Below, piece by piece: positions 37,310 through 46,940 of a stretch of DNA of 64,000 nt; within the stretch, counting starts at the first letter, position 1, and every line of letters begins with the position of its first letter. Source of the stretch: an uncultured Planctomycetia bacterium (GTDB lineage: Bacteria > Omnitrophota > Gorgyraeia > Pluralincolimonadales > Pluralincolimonadaceae). The translations under genes and the position numbers were made by a program. The notes under the pieces were generated by a model. The model saw only the letters and a program-made list of their open reading frames with translations, searched no databases and was not told the origin of the DNA. The stretch is from positions 4,798 through 68,797 of the forward strand of contig CAZYUB010000011.1 in NCBI GenBank assembly GCA_964650515.1. Direction: 5' to 3'.

Positions 37310-40300
37310 TTCCCGGCCTTCATCTCCTCGATGGCGCAATTCCTGAGCTCTTTCGGAAGAACGAACTTTACGCCCTTCGGCGGTTTCGCGTTGCCGTATA
37401 GGAAATACTCTATCTTGTCGCCCTTCTTGACGATCTTATAACAGATCTTGCCGTATAGCGTCGGCATATCCCTGACCTCTATGCCCTTTTCGAACCATTC
37501 CGGGGCGAGACCTGCGCCAAGTATAAGCTTGCCGTCGTCCTCATAGACGAACATAGTGCGGACGGCGTCCACATAACCGGAGCCGACCCACGTATGCGGC
37601 ATATCGCCGATGTACGAAGGAGCGCGGACCTTCGCGTGGACCACCTCCGCCATATGGTTCCAGCCGAAAGGCCTGACGGAATCCTTCAGGAAATATCGAA
37701 GCATCGTAAGGCCGCGGTCGCGCTGGTCCATCTTGAAGAACGCGTTCGCCGTGCGCACTTCGTAAGGCGTGAACGTCCTCTCCTTGCCCGGGACCATCCC
37801 CTTTACGAATTCGGCGTAATACTTGTCGAACGTCTTCTTCAGCAGCTCTTTCGGCATGTACTCTAATTCTCCCGCCGCTACTATGCCGATCGCGGTAGAC
37901 GTGGCGTCAAAATCGCCTTTTTCGACGCATCCGGGGATATAGTCGAGCCTGTCCCTCTCGACGACAAGCCGTATCGACTCATATAGGCATTTGCGGAAAT
38001 CATCAAGCTCTTTGCGCATCCACTCCGCGCTTTCCGTGTCCTTCATGAGCTCCGCCAGGTATATTCCGTCCTTGAAACCCCTTATAGCGAAGAAATCATC
38101 CCAATAGCTGGTCTGCGCCGGGTAATAGCCCTCGTGGCTGTTCGACTTCGGCAGGACGCCGTAATACGGCTTCTTCTTCGGGTCCTTTTTGAACTCCTCG
38201 GTCATATTGCGGCGCCTCAGGTCGCGGGTGAATTCAAGCGCCTTTACTACCTTCGGGTATATGGAGGGCAGGTATCCCTTATCGCCCGAGTAATCCAAAT
38301 AATTCCGGACGGCGAAGACGAATTCTCCCTGCGAATCCCACTCGACACCTTCACCCATCTTGTTGTCGTTAAGGCCGATCGGATTCCCTCCCTCGAATAT
38401 TATATAAGGGACATAACCGTTATCCGTGACCTTTGAAGCGACCGCGTCGAGCCACTGTTTTACCTCGTCATTTATGCCCATCCTGAGGATCGCCGCGCTC
38501 GTCAGCGCGCAATCGCGGATCCATGAATGGCTGTAATTACGCGAACCAGGTTTTATCCACGGGCCGTCCTTATTGATGAGTATATACGCGATGTTCGTCC
38601 TCATTACATCAACTATGCGCGCCTCAGGAATGTCGATGTAGACCCTGTTGAGTTCGCCCTTCCAAAAGTTCTTTTGTTTTGAAAAGTCGGAATCGAAGTC
38701 GGAAAGTTTTCCGGCAGGCAACTGTATTATGAACGTATTGGCTTCGCCCGGCGCGGCCGACACATCGAATGAAAGCCCCGCCGATGCCGTCCCTTCCGCG
38801 CTGGCCGCCGTAAGCGAGGGCGGAAGCCCGCCGTTCTTCATGAAATCTACCGCGTCCCCCATTGACAGGTCGGCGGCGCCCATTGTTACGCCTTCCGTTG
38901 CCGATACAATGCAATCCCTGCCGTTTATGGAAAGGACCGGCGGCCTGCATTCTATCCTGTTGATCGGGCTGAAACCGCCCCTCTGCCACACGGGGTTCAC
39001 CTGCACGGGGCGAATTGCGATGAAAAGCTTGCCCTTTAAGGCGGCCTTGCCGGTATTCATGATGACATACCTTAAAGATGTTTCCGAACCTCTTGTCGAC
39101 AGGGCCGTTACCTCCAAAGACCAGTCGGAATGGTCCCATGCTGCCGACGGTATCGGTAGGTATCCGTCGACAAGCGCCTGGGAAACCCTGCAGTCCTCGG
39201 CCGTATAAAGCTTCTTTCCGTCGTAAACGAAGGGCATCAATGAAAAGCCGTCTTTATACGGCTCAAATGTGCCCGTCTCCGTGAATAGTCCCTCGTTCTC
39301 AGAATCCGGCACGCCGGTCACGGTCCAGAACTCCTGCAGGCGCCTCAGCCACATCGGGTAATACCCGGCAGGCGATTCCTTCGCGAGCGCCTGGTATATC
39401 TTTATCGGCGTCGCCTGTTCTTCGCCGCTCTTCGGCTCGAATCCCTTTACGGTGCAACGGCTTCCCGAGGCCGGCTTTATGCAGTTTATCCTCAATTCCT
39501 TTGCCGGAGTGGCCTTGAAATATATCAGGTCCTTGCCGCCGTTCCCGTCGGCGGTCCTGTAGACCTCCCTGAAATCCTTGCCGTCCTTCGAGATCTCAAG
39601 CGTGTACTCCTTCGCGTAATCATCCGCCCAGGACAGCACAACGCCTCCAAGCTCCGTCTTTGACGGAAGCTTGATGACCGTCGTCTTTCCGTCGCCCGAT
39701 ATCACCGGCGGGTTATTCCCGTCGAGGAATGAGACTTCCCAAAGCGAATTTCCCCAGCCCGTCCCTCTCTGGACGCAATTGATCTTTAACGCCGTCGCCT
39801 CGACAGGGTCGAAGTAGATGATATCCGTGCTGCCGTCGCCGTCAGACGTCTCGTATACCTTCTTCCATTTCCCGGAAGCATCTTTTACTTCTATATTGTA
39901 TATCTCAGTGAATGCCGTCTCCCACTTTAACATAACACCACAGATGGACTGCGGGGAGTTAAAATCCGCCTGCCACCACTGGTTATCCTCGAAGTTGCTC
40001 GACCAGCGGGACTGCATGTCGCCGTCAATGGCCTTCTGTGCGCTGTAATCGGAATCTCCCGAAGAAGCGGTCGCTTTGGCTTTTATCGGGTCGGGTTCGT
40101 TGATCTTAAGCTCCCTGATGGAGTTCCCCCAATGCGTGGCCCTCTTTGCCATCTCGACCTTCAAGTACCGCGCTTTAAGGCCCTTAACCGGGATGATATC
40201 TGAGCCTCCTTTGCCAAGATTGTTCTCGAATACACACTGCCATGATTTGCCGTCGCATGAGGCGAGGACCTTATACTCCGCAGGATAGGCGTCCTCCCAC

Positions 40301-40533
40301 ATTATAGTTATCTTTTTTATGTCCTTAGCGGCACCGAAATCAACAGACCACCATTGGTTGTCCGCGAACTGGCTGGACCAGCGCGTCGAGATATCGCCGT
40401 CGACAGCGAGTTCAGGCGTGAATTTTTCTTCTACGGAAGAGGCCGAGGCCTTCCATCCTTCATCCGCAAAGGCGGGGTTAACACAGGCGAGCGACAAGAC
40501 CGTCAAAACAGAGCAAAAACCGAACTTAGACAT
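37306..40533 (-). CDS. Secreted protein with three F5/8 type C (discoidin) domains and a C-terminal (alpha/alpha)6 six-hairpin glycoside-hydrolase-like domain (GH15-like)
   Basis: 1075 aa; signal peptide; three repeats of ..DG(D)xSTRWSS.F.DNQWW..DF.. (discoidin); WIRDCALTSAAIL resembles the GH15 W-x-RD-x-AL-x-A motif. Confidence 0.6.
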   Translation of the reverse strand: MSKFGFCSVLTVLSLACVNPAFADEGWKASASSVEEKFTPELAVDGDISTRWSSQFADNQWWSVDFGAAKDIKKITIMWEDAYPAEYKVLASCDGKSWQCVFENNLGKGGSDIIPVKGLKARYLKVEMAKRATHWGNSIRELKINEPDPIKAKATASSGDSDYSAQKAIDGDMQSRWSSNFEDNQWWQADFNSPQSICGVMLKWETAFTEIYNIEVKDASGKWKKVYETSDGDGSTDIIYFDPVEATALKINCVQRGTGWGNSLWEVSFLDGNNPPVISGDGKTTVIKLPSKTELGGVVLSWADDYAKEYTLEISKDGKDFREVYRTADGNGGKDLIYFKATPAKELRINCIKPASGSRCTVKGFEPKSGEEQATPIKIYQALAKESPAGYYPMWLRRLQEFWTVTGVPDSENEGLFTETGTFEPYKDGFSLMPFVYDGKKLYTAEDCRVSQALVDGYLPIPSAAWDHSDWSLEVTALSTRGSETSLRYVIMNTGKAALKGKLFIAIRPVQVNPVWQRGGFSPINRIECRPPVLSINGRDCIVSATEGVTMGAADLSMGDAVDFMKNGGLPPSLTAASAEGTASAGLSFDVSAAPGEANTFIIQLPAGKLSDFDSDFSKQKNFWKGELNRVYIDIPEARIVDVMRTNIAYILINKDGPWIKPGSRNYSHSWIRDCALTSAAILRMGINDEVKQWLDAVASKVTDNGYVPYIIFEGGNPIGLNDNKMGEGVEWDSQGEFVFAVRNYLDYSGDKGYLPSIYPKVVKALEFTRDLRRRNMTEEFKKDPKKKPYYGVLPKSNSHEGYYPAQTSYWDDFFAIRGFKDGIYLAELMKDTESAEWMRKELDDFRKCLYESIRLVVERDRLDYIPGCVEKGDFDATSTAIGIVAAGELEYMPKELLKKTFDKYYAEFVKGMVPGKERTFTPYEVRTANAFFKMDQRDRGLTMLRYFLKDSVRPFGWNHMAEVVHAKVRAPSYIGDMPHTWVGSGYVDAVRTMFVYEDDGKLILGAGLAPEWFEKGIEVRDMPTLYGKICYKIVKKGDKIEYFLYGNAKPPKGVKFVLPKELRNCAIEEMKAGK

Positions 40534-40607
40534 CCTTCCCTCCTGGAATTATTTTTCCCCAACTTGTAATATGATATCCGATTAGTTGTCCCGTGGCAAG
40601 CCATTTA

Positions 40608-40616
40608 TGCTATAAT
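40608..40616 (+). promoter_or_regulatory. Extended -10 (TGcTATAAT) 7 nt upstream of cinA ATG; probable leaderless transcript
   Basis: TG 40608-40609, TATAAT 40611-40616, ATG 40624. Confidence 0.4.
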
Positions 40617-40623
40617 CCTGGTT

Positions 40624-41754
40624 ATGAAAGCTGAGATCATTTCGATAGGGACGGAGATATTGCTCGGGCAGATACTGAACACGAACCAGCAATGGCTATC
40701 CGTGAAGCTCGCAGCCCTGGGTATCGGTGTCTACCACCATTCGACGGTCGGAGATAATCCGGAGAGGCTCTCGAGCGCGCTCGAATCAGGCATAAGGCGT
40801 TCCGACATAGTGATAACGACCGGGGGGCTCGGGCCTACCGTCGACGATATAACGCTCCGGGTGATATCCCGCACATTCCCGCTTGAAAACTCCATGGAGG
40901 TCAGGAACCGCGTCGGCACCGCTCCGGGGTTCATTTACGCCATAGGTGGAAAACTGCTTATCGCGCTTCCCGGGCCCCCGAGGGAACTGAACCCGATGTT
41001 CGAGCGGTCCGTAGCGCCGTTGCTCAAAAAGAAGTTCAGGGGCGAAGGCGTGCTGAAAGTCAGGACGATAAAGATGACCGGCTTGTCCGAATCAGCCGCG
41101 GACCGGAAGGCCAGGGACCTTCTTAAAAGCCCTCCTCCGCTGACCGTAGGCATCTACGCTAAGCCGGCGCTGGTGGAATTGAAGATAATGGCAAAGGCGC
41201 CTGACGAAAAAAGGGCAAAGGCGCTCATCGATAAGGCGGACAGGAAGATAACATCCCGCCTCGGCAGGTACATATTCGGCCGCGATAATGAGACACTTGA
41301 AGGCGCAGTCGGGTCCCTGCTGTCCCGCGCGCGCAAGACCCTGGCGGTGGCGGAATCATGCACCGGCGGGTTGATATCGAGCCGTATCACCGACGTCCCC
41401 GGAAGTTCCGCGTATTTCAGGATGGGCATTGTGGCCTATTCAAACGACATCAAATCAGGTTTGCTGGGTGTCCGCGGCGCTACATTGCGCAAATACGGCG
41501 CGGTCAGCAGGCAGACGGCCGTAGAAATGGCAAAAAACGTAAGGAAGTTGTCCGGGGCCGATATAGGGCTATCCGTAACCGGCATCGCCGGTCCTTCCGG
41601 CGCGGTAAAAGGCAAACCTGTGGGCCTTGTATATATCGCGGTATCCTCGACGGACAGGACTATATGCAGGGAATCCCGTTTCAGGGGCGAACGCGAGGTT
41701 ATTAAATTCAGGTCTTCCCAGGCAGCGTTAGACCTTCTTAGAGTATCTCTTTAG
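40624..41754 (+). CDS. cinA: CinA family protein (MocF-like domain + nicotinamide-nucleotide amidohydrolase PncC domain)
   Basis: 376 aa; MKAEIISIGTEILLGQILNTN... canonical CinA. Confidence 0.9.
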   Translation: MKAEIISIGTEILLGQILNTNQQWLSVKLAALGIGVYHHSTVGDNPERLSSALESGIRRSDIVITTGGLGPTVDDITLRVISRTFPLENSMEVRNRVGTAPGFIYAIGGKLLIALPGPPRELNPMFERSVAPLLKKKFRGEGVLKVRTIKMTGLSESAADRKARDLLKSPPPLTVGIYAKPALVELKIMAKAPDEKRAKALIDKADRKITSRLGRYIFGRDNETLEGAVGSLLSRARKTLAVAESCTGGLISSRITDVPGSSAYFRMGIVAYSNDIKSGLLGVRGATLRKYGAVSRQTAVEMAKNVRKLSGADIGLSVTGIAGPSGAVKGKPVGLVYIAVSSTDRTICRESRFRGEREVIKFRSSQAALDLLRVSL

Positions 41755-43279
41755 GCGGGTTCTTTCCTATATCTGATGCGAGGCACAGCTGGTCCTTCCC
41801 GTGCTGCTTCGCCCAATAAAGCGCATCGTCGGCCTTCTTGAAAAGCTGCTGGGGAGTGCCTCCGTCGTTAGGGTATATCGCGATGCCGATGCTTACGCTG
41901 AACGTGACCGTCTTTTCTCCCGCGCTTATCTTCTGCGCCTTTACCGCGTCGCGCAATCTGTTCCCGACGGCCAATGCGCTGTCTTTATTCGAATTGGTCA
42001 GCAACACGACAAATTCGTCGCCGCCGTACCTTCCTATGGCGTCCATAGGGCGCCCTTTCACGTCGAACGTCCTTATATTCTGTTTCAGTATCTTCGAGAG
42101 CGCGAGGATTATCTCATCTCCGGACTGGTGGCCGTAGAGGTCATTGTACCTCTTGAAGCCGTCAATATCGATTATCATCAGCGAAAAGACCTGTTTTTCG
42201 CGGCCCGCCCTCTTCGCCTCTTCCTCGAACCTTCCAAGGAAGAAACCGTGCGAGTAGAGGCCCGTAAGGCTGTCGCGTATCGATAATTCCTTGACCTCCT
42301 GGTATAGCTTTGCCTTCTCAAGCGTCACCGCCGCCTGGTTAGCCAGGATATCGAGGTTTTCGATATCTTCTTTGCTTATCGGCAGCCGGCTGAATACGTT
42401 ATTCACGACCAGCACGCCGATCCTGTCTTCCTTGACTATAAGAGGATAATAAAGGAAAAGCTCGTCTGTGCTGTACCGCTGGCCTTCGCGCGGCCCGTCG
42501 CCAAGGATGCTGTCGACGATCCTGTTCGTCCCCTTATGCAGCGGGTAGCTCTCCTTCTCTATGCTCTTGACGATATTCCTGATGTCCGAGCTGATCTTAC
42601 CCTTGAGTTGGCCGGACTTCTTGTCGACAAGGTAGAGTTTTGCCATGTCGAATTTCAGTATGTCCACGGCGCTCTTCAGTATTATCTCGAGGACCGGCTC
42701 GAACTCCATCGTGGTCGCCATCGCCTCGCTGATCCTCGAAAGCGCGAGGAGCATGGCTATCTTCCTTGAATTGTTCTCGAATACCCCGATATAGCGGATG
42801 CCCCTGCTTATCTCGTGCGCGTAATCGGAGAGCATCTCCTTCTCTTCCCCGGTTATCTTATCCCTTGATACCTGTTTGTCCGCTATCAACACGCCGATCT
42901 TTTCGTCCGCGAGACGGAGCGGCATGCATATCTGTATGCCGTCATCCCATATCTCGAACGGCCTCTTGCCGAGGAAAACGGCGCTTATCGTATCGTTATC
43001 GCTGTCAGTGACCGGTATCATGCTCTCGCCGGCGATTATCCCCTTGCCACGCGACCTCGCCTGCACGCATTCGAGGGTATTGCCCGATCCCTCGTACAGG
43101 TATACGAATATCGAATCGAACATCAGGTCGTCCATAAGCGACTTGAGGCTCATCTTAAGCGTCTCCTCGATGCCAGCCTCGAACTGGAAGAACGTCCTGA
43201 CGACGCCCTGGAGCATGCTTAAATGCTTCTCCGCCCTCTGCAGGTCCCCTCTTTCGTCAGCCATATCCTTTCCCGTCAT
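41738..43279 (-). CDS. GAF-domain sensor diguanylate cyclase (GGDEF)
   Basis: 513 aa; two GAF-like regions; DSLTGLYSHGFF..; GGDEF active site as RYGGDEFVV. Confidence 0.85.
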   Translation of the reverse strand: MTGKDMADERGDLQRAEKHLSMLQGVVRTFFQFEAGIEETLKMSLKSLMDDLMFDSIFVYLYEGSGNTLECVQARSRGKGIIAGESMIPVTDSDNDTISAVFLGKRPFEIWDDGIQICMPLRLADEKIGVLIADKQVSRDKITGEEKEMLSDYAHEISRGIRYIGVFENNSRKIAMLLALSRISEAMATTMEFEPVLEIILKSAVDILKFDMAKLYLVDKKSGQLKGKISSDIRNIVKSIEKESYPLHKGTNRIVDSILGDGPREGQRYSTDELFLYYPLIVKEDRIGVLVVNNVFSRLPISKEDIENLDILANQAAVTLEKAKLYQEVKELSIRDSLTGLYSHGFFLGRFEEEAKRAGREKQVFSLMIIDIDGFKRYNDLYGHQSGDEIILALSKILKQNIRTFDVKGRPMDAIGRYGGDEFVVLLTNSNKDSALAVGNRLRDAVKAQKISAGEKTVTFSVSIGIAIYPNDGGTPQQLFKKADDALYWAKQHGKDQLCLASDIGKNPPKEIL

Positions 43280-44535
43280 AATGACAGCAGGTAATCCACC
43301 TCTTCGGCGTACCTGCCTGATTCCGCCGAAACGAGCTCTTCGCCGTACTTGCCCTGTTTTACGCCATCAAGCAGCTTGCCGAAAAATTCCGCCAACATGA
43401 ACTCTATACTGCCCCACATGTCTACCTGCGCGTAGCTCTTGCCGTAATTCTTGTATGTCTCTATAAGCACCTGCTGGTTCGGTGTCCCCTCATAGAAAAG
43501 GCTCGCAAAGGCCTCGATGCCCGGCGGAAGCAGTCCTATAGACCTGTACTGCCTGGCCTGGAAATCCCTTGACGTAAGGAACTTGACGAACTGCCATGCT
43601 TCCTGCTTGTTCTTCGTGGACGCGGAGACCGCGAGGTTGCTTCCGCCGAGGAAACTGAAGCGGCCGCCCGGGCCTGCAGGCAGTAACGCTACGCCGAATT
43701 TATCTATATCCCCGGAGCCTCCGCGGGAGGACGGCGCCTCGAAGAACCCGGGTATATAACTCGGCGCGGCAAACGGGCCTGCTATTATCATGGCGTACTT
43801 CTTCAGGACGAAGAAGTCGTAGGCCGGGTAGCAGGGGACCTTCCTGTCCTTTACCGGAGCGGCATCCTTATCCAGCAGGTCGAAATAATATTTTATGCCT
43901 TTAAGCGAGCGCGGGCTGTTAAACGACGCCGAGAGGCCGTCGGGCGTAAGAAAGTCCCCTCCGCCGGCCCATATCCATGGTGCCACGTCATGCACGAGGC
44001 CAGGGTCCTTTATATCCCCCACTCCGAGAGGCCCTGCGAGGTCTACGTCGCTGCCTTTAAGCCCCGAGAGCGCGGCGCACGCGCCCTGGAAGGATTCCCA
44101 CGTCTCAAGCGACTTCGGAGTAAGGCCTGCCTTCTCAAAAAGGTCTTTCCTGTAGAATATCATGCGGGCGTCGGCTGACCACGGCAGCGCCATAACCTTG
44201 CCGGAGCTCTTGATCTCGCAGGTAGCCCATGCCGCAGGGTAGAATGCGTTCTTGAGCTTGTCTTCGGATGTTTCCGTCGTGAGGTCGGAGAGCGCGTTTA
44301 TCGCGGCGAGGGTCCTTGTCCAGGTATTGCCTATGAGGAATACGTCGGGGAGCCGGCCTTCCTTAGCGGCCGTTACTGTCTTCTTCCAGGCGAGCGACCA
44401 GGGGATCACCGAGCAATCGACTTTTATCCCTGGATGCAGTTTCTCAAATGATGCTATCTCTTCGCCGATTATCCGGCTTGTCTCGTATCCCCCCACAGGC
44501 ATAACCCAGAACTTTAGATAGGCCGCCTTCTGCAT
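43276..44535 (-). CDS. Family-1 solute-binding protein homologue (MalE-like) lacking a signal peptide
   Basis: 419 aa; ..KFW.M..GG...EF.K..PGIKV....IPW...W.K...AA..G..PDV..IGNTW.. SBP_bac_1 pattern; N-terminus MQKAAYLKFW has no hydrophobic signal sequence; stop overlaps GGDEF start. Confidence 0.7.
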   Translation of the reverse strand: MQKAAYLKFWVMPVGGYETSRIIGEEIASFEKLHPGIKVDCSVIPWSLAWKKTVTAAKEGRLPDVFLIGNTWTRTLAAINALSDLTTETSEDKLKNAFYPAAWATCEIKSSGKVMALPWSADARMIFYRKDLFEKAGLTPKSLETWESFQGACAALSGLKGSDVDLAGPLGVGDIKDPGLVHDVAPWIWAGGGDFLTPDGLSASFNSPRSLKGIKYYFDLLDKDAAPVKDRKVPCYPAYDFFVLKKYAMIIAGPFAAPSYIPGFFEAPSSRGGSGDIDKFGVALLPAGPGGRFSFLGGSNLAVSASTKNKQEAWQFVKFLTSRDFQARQYRSIGLLPPGIEAFASLFYEGTPNQQVLIETYKNYGKSYAQVDMWGSIEFMLAEFFGKLLDGVKQGKYGEELVSAESGRYAEEVDYLLSL

Positions 44536-44556
44536 ATTTCGGATTATACCACCCGG

Positions 44557-44585
44557 TTGATTAATGTCAATTCATAATGTATAAT
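44557..44585 (+). promoter_or_regulatory. Sigma70-like promoter TTGATT-17-TATAAT ending 8 nt before thpR ATG
   Basis: TTGATT 44557-44562, TATAAT 44580-44585. Confidence 0.45.
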
Positions 44586-44593
44586 CGCTGGCT

Positions 44594-45169
44594 ATGGAAA
44601 GCCGTATGAGGGTTTTTATCGCGATAGCGCTCTCCAGGGAAACCCGGGAGGAACTGCGAGCCCTCCAATCTTCGCTGAAGGCGTCGGGAGCCGACGTAAA
44701 ATGGGTCGATCCGGAGAATATCCACCTCACGCTCCGCTTTTTAGGCGACTGCGGAGAGCCAATTCTGCCTTCCGTGAAGTCGGCGCTATCTGACGCCGCA
44801 TCCGCTTTCAGGCAGTTCCATATGGGGCTGGAAGGGGTCGGCGCTTTCCCCTGCCTTTCTTCTCCTGAGATCATCTGGGCCGGGGTCGGCGAAGGCAGCC
44901 GGGAATCCGCGGCCATCTATGATTCGATATCTTCACGGCTCGCGGAAATCGGGATACCGCATGAGAAAAGGAAATTTTCGCCGCACATAACGGTCGGAAG
45001 GGTCAGGAGCGGGAGGAATATCGATTCTTTAAGGAAAGCCGTCGAGGACTGTTCGTTCCCCGTATCCTCGAGGACACTGGTTGACCGCGTAGTCCTTTTT
45101 AGCAGCAAACTCTCTCCCGAAGGCCCTACCTACACGCCGCTTTCAGAAGCAATGCTGCGCCGGCCCTGA
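44594..45169 (+). CDS. thpR: RNA 2',3'-cyclic phosphodiesterase (2H family, ThpR/LigT)
   Basis: Two HxT/S-x motifs (HLTLRFLG, HITVGRV). ATG 44594 would be leaderless; alternative ATG at 44606 (MRVFIAIAL) has a weak GGAAAG SD. Confidence 0.85.
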   Translation: MESRMRVFIAIALSRETREELRALQSSLKASGADVKWVDPENIHLTLRFLGDCGEPILPSVKSALSDAASAFRQFHMGLEGVGAFPCLSSPEIIWAGVGEGSRESAAIYDSISSRLAEIGIPHEKRKFSPHITVGRVRSGRNIDSLRKAVEDCSFPVSSRTLVDRVVLFSSKLSPEGPTYTPLSEAMLRRP

Positions 45170-45587
45170 CGGTGATGTTGGCGTAGATCCCCGCAATAAC
45201 GTCGTCGAGAACTACTCCTAACGGGCTCGGTACGCGTTCGGCCATCCTTATCGGGAACGGTTTGAAGATGTCGAATAACCTGAAGGTAACGAAGGCAGCG
45301 GCCATGTAGGCCGGTTCCATAGGCAGGAACAGAAGGGCTATCATCATACCGGCCGCCTCGTCAATTACGATCTTACCGGAATCCTTCCTGCCGAAAAGTA
45401 TCTCAGCGCGCCTTATCACCATCAGCGCGGCTGCCAGCAGCACGGCCAGCGACAAAAGGTAGACCTCCGGATCATAGGACGTTAGGAGCGCGAAAAGGAG
45501 CCCGGCGGCAGAACCCGCAGTCCCCGGCATGCGCGGGACGAAACCGGCATAGAAGAATGTGCTGACGATCTTTACTATGGTCTTCAA
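45126..45587 (-). CDS. pgpA: Phosphatidylglycerophosphatase A
   Basis: 153 aa; PgpA family membrane protein (..GTAGSAAGL.. motif). Confidence 0.85.
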   Translation of the reverse strand: MKTIVKIVSTFFYAGFVPRMPGTAGSAAGLLFALLTSYDPEVYLLSLAVLLAAALMVIRRAEILFGRKDSGKIVIDEAAGMMIALLFLPMEPAYMAAAFVTFRLFDIFKPFPIRMAERVPSPLGVVLDDVIAGIYANITVRAGAALLLKAACR

Positions 45588-46156
45588 GAGAAGAGTTTCT
45601 TGTTCTTAATGAAAAACGAAACGCCCGACGTGATGGTCAGGCAGACGGTCACGAGCATCACGACGAATATGAGGTTCTTGACCCATATCTCGGTATCGCA
45701 GTTCCAGAAAGAGAGAGATTTTCCCGCTTCCCTGAACACCAGGAATATCAGTATCATGAATATGGCGATCATCTGCGAAACCGTCTTATGCTTGCCGGCT
45801 TCCTCTGCCTCTATGACCTTGCCTTTCGTCAGCGCGAATATCCTGAGCCCCGTCACCGTCACCTCTCTTGCGACGATTATCAGCACCGTCCAGGCGGGTA
45901 TCAGTTTCAGCTCCACGAACGCGAGGAAAGCGGAAAGGACCAGTATCTTGTCCGCTATCGGGTCCATAAGTTTTCCAAAATCGGTGATGCCGCCATCCCT
46001 CCTGGCAAAATAACCGTCGTAATAATCGGTAAGCGATGCGGCCAGGAACGTAATGAAAGCGAAATATTTCGCGCCCGGCCACCGCGCGAACACGAAATAC
46101 ATGAAGACGAATGTCAGGAATATCCTGGATATCGTCAGCTTATTCGAGATGTTCAT
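45584..46156 (-). CDS. pgsA: CDP-diacylglycerol--glycerol-3-phosphate 3-phosphatidyltransferase
   Basis: Start at internal ATG 46156 (MNISNKLTISRI); CDP-alcohol transferase motif DGxxAR..G..D..ADK. Confidence 0.85.
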   Translation of the reverse strand: MNISNKLTISRIFLTFVFMYFVFARWPGAKYFAFITFLAASLTDYYDGYFARRDGGITDFGKLMDPIADKILVLSAFLAFVELKLIPAWTVLIIVAREVTVTGLRIFALTKGKVIEAEEAGKHKTVSQMIAIFMILIFLVFREAGKSLSFWNCDTEIWVKNLIFVVMLVTVCLTITSGVSFFIKNKKLFS

Positions 46157-46938
46157 TTGTTCTTCAACTGCATCATAAGGGCGTCTATCTCCTTGACGGT
46201 CGATATCGGCGGCACGCCGAAATTGCGGTTCATGTCCCATTCGCTGTCGCTGAGGGCTATGACGAACCTTCCTTCAGCCCTGTCAAACCTGAAGACCTTC
46301 CTGACATGCGTCCAGTACCTTCTCGGGGACGACAGCCCCTGGTATGAGACGACCGCCTCGAAGTAATAATATTTCGCCGAGGGCGACAACGCCTTGAAAC
46401 TCGGTTCCTTCGTGAACGTCCCGGGGGCTATAAAACCCAATGTGCTGACACCTTCTATCTTCTGGTCCATCCATCTCTGCCCTGCCGTCTTTGCCTTCTC
46501 CGCTTCCGAAGTGAGGTAATACCTTACGGATACGTTCGCTGCCGGGGTCTTGCCCGTATTATTAAGTATTATGTAGTTCCCGAAATAGACGTTCTTGCCT
46601 TCCGTGTCGTTTATCTGCATAGGGTCGATCATGTCGACCGAAACATACGGCCTGATGTCTATCTCTTTCAGGTCCTGGCCGGTTTTTATATTCCATGCTA
46701 TCAACAGGACTATGGTCGCAAGCGCTGATGCGATTATCTTGTAATAGTATTTTTGTATGAACCTTCCGGGCAGCCACCATCCGTAGTACAACGTCTTGTC
46801 ATCAAAGATCTTCTCCGCGTGTTTCCAGTCCCTCATCGGGTCGGCGGTAAGGCCCTTCTTGCGGTTTTCGGCATAGATTATCTCGGCGATCTCGCTTATC
46901 TTCTTTTCCCTGTCTATACTGCTCTTCAAACCGGGCAT
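46153..46938 (-). CDS. Hypothetical single-pass membrane protein with N-terminal DUF2934-like motif
   Basis: 261 aa; ..ISEIAEIIYAENRKKGLTADPMRDWKHAE.. then TM helix, ~170-aa extracytoplasmic domain. Confidence 0.45.
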   Translation of the reverse strand: MPGLKSSIDREKKISEIAEIIYAENRKKGLTADPMRDWKHAEKIFDDKTLYYGWWLPGRFIQKYYYKIIASALATIVLLIAWNIKTGQDLKEIDIRPYVSVDMIDPMQINDTEGKNVYFGNYIILNNTGKTPAANVSVRYYLTSEAEKAKTAGQRWMDQKIEGVSTLGFIAPGTFTKEPSFKALSPSAKYYYFEAVVSYQGLSSPRRYWTHVRKVFRFDRAEGRFVIALSDSEWDMNRNFGVPPISTVKEIDALMMQLKNK

Positions 46939-46940
46939 TA

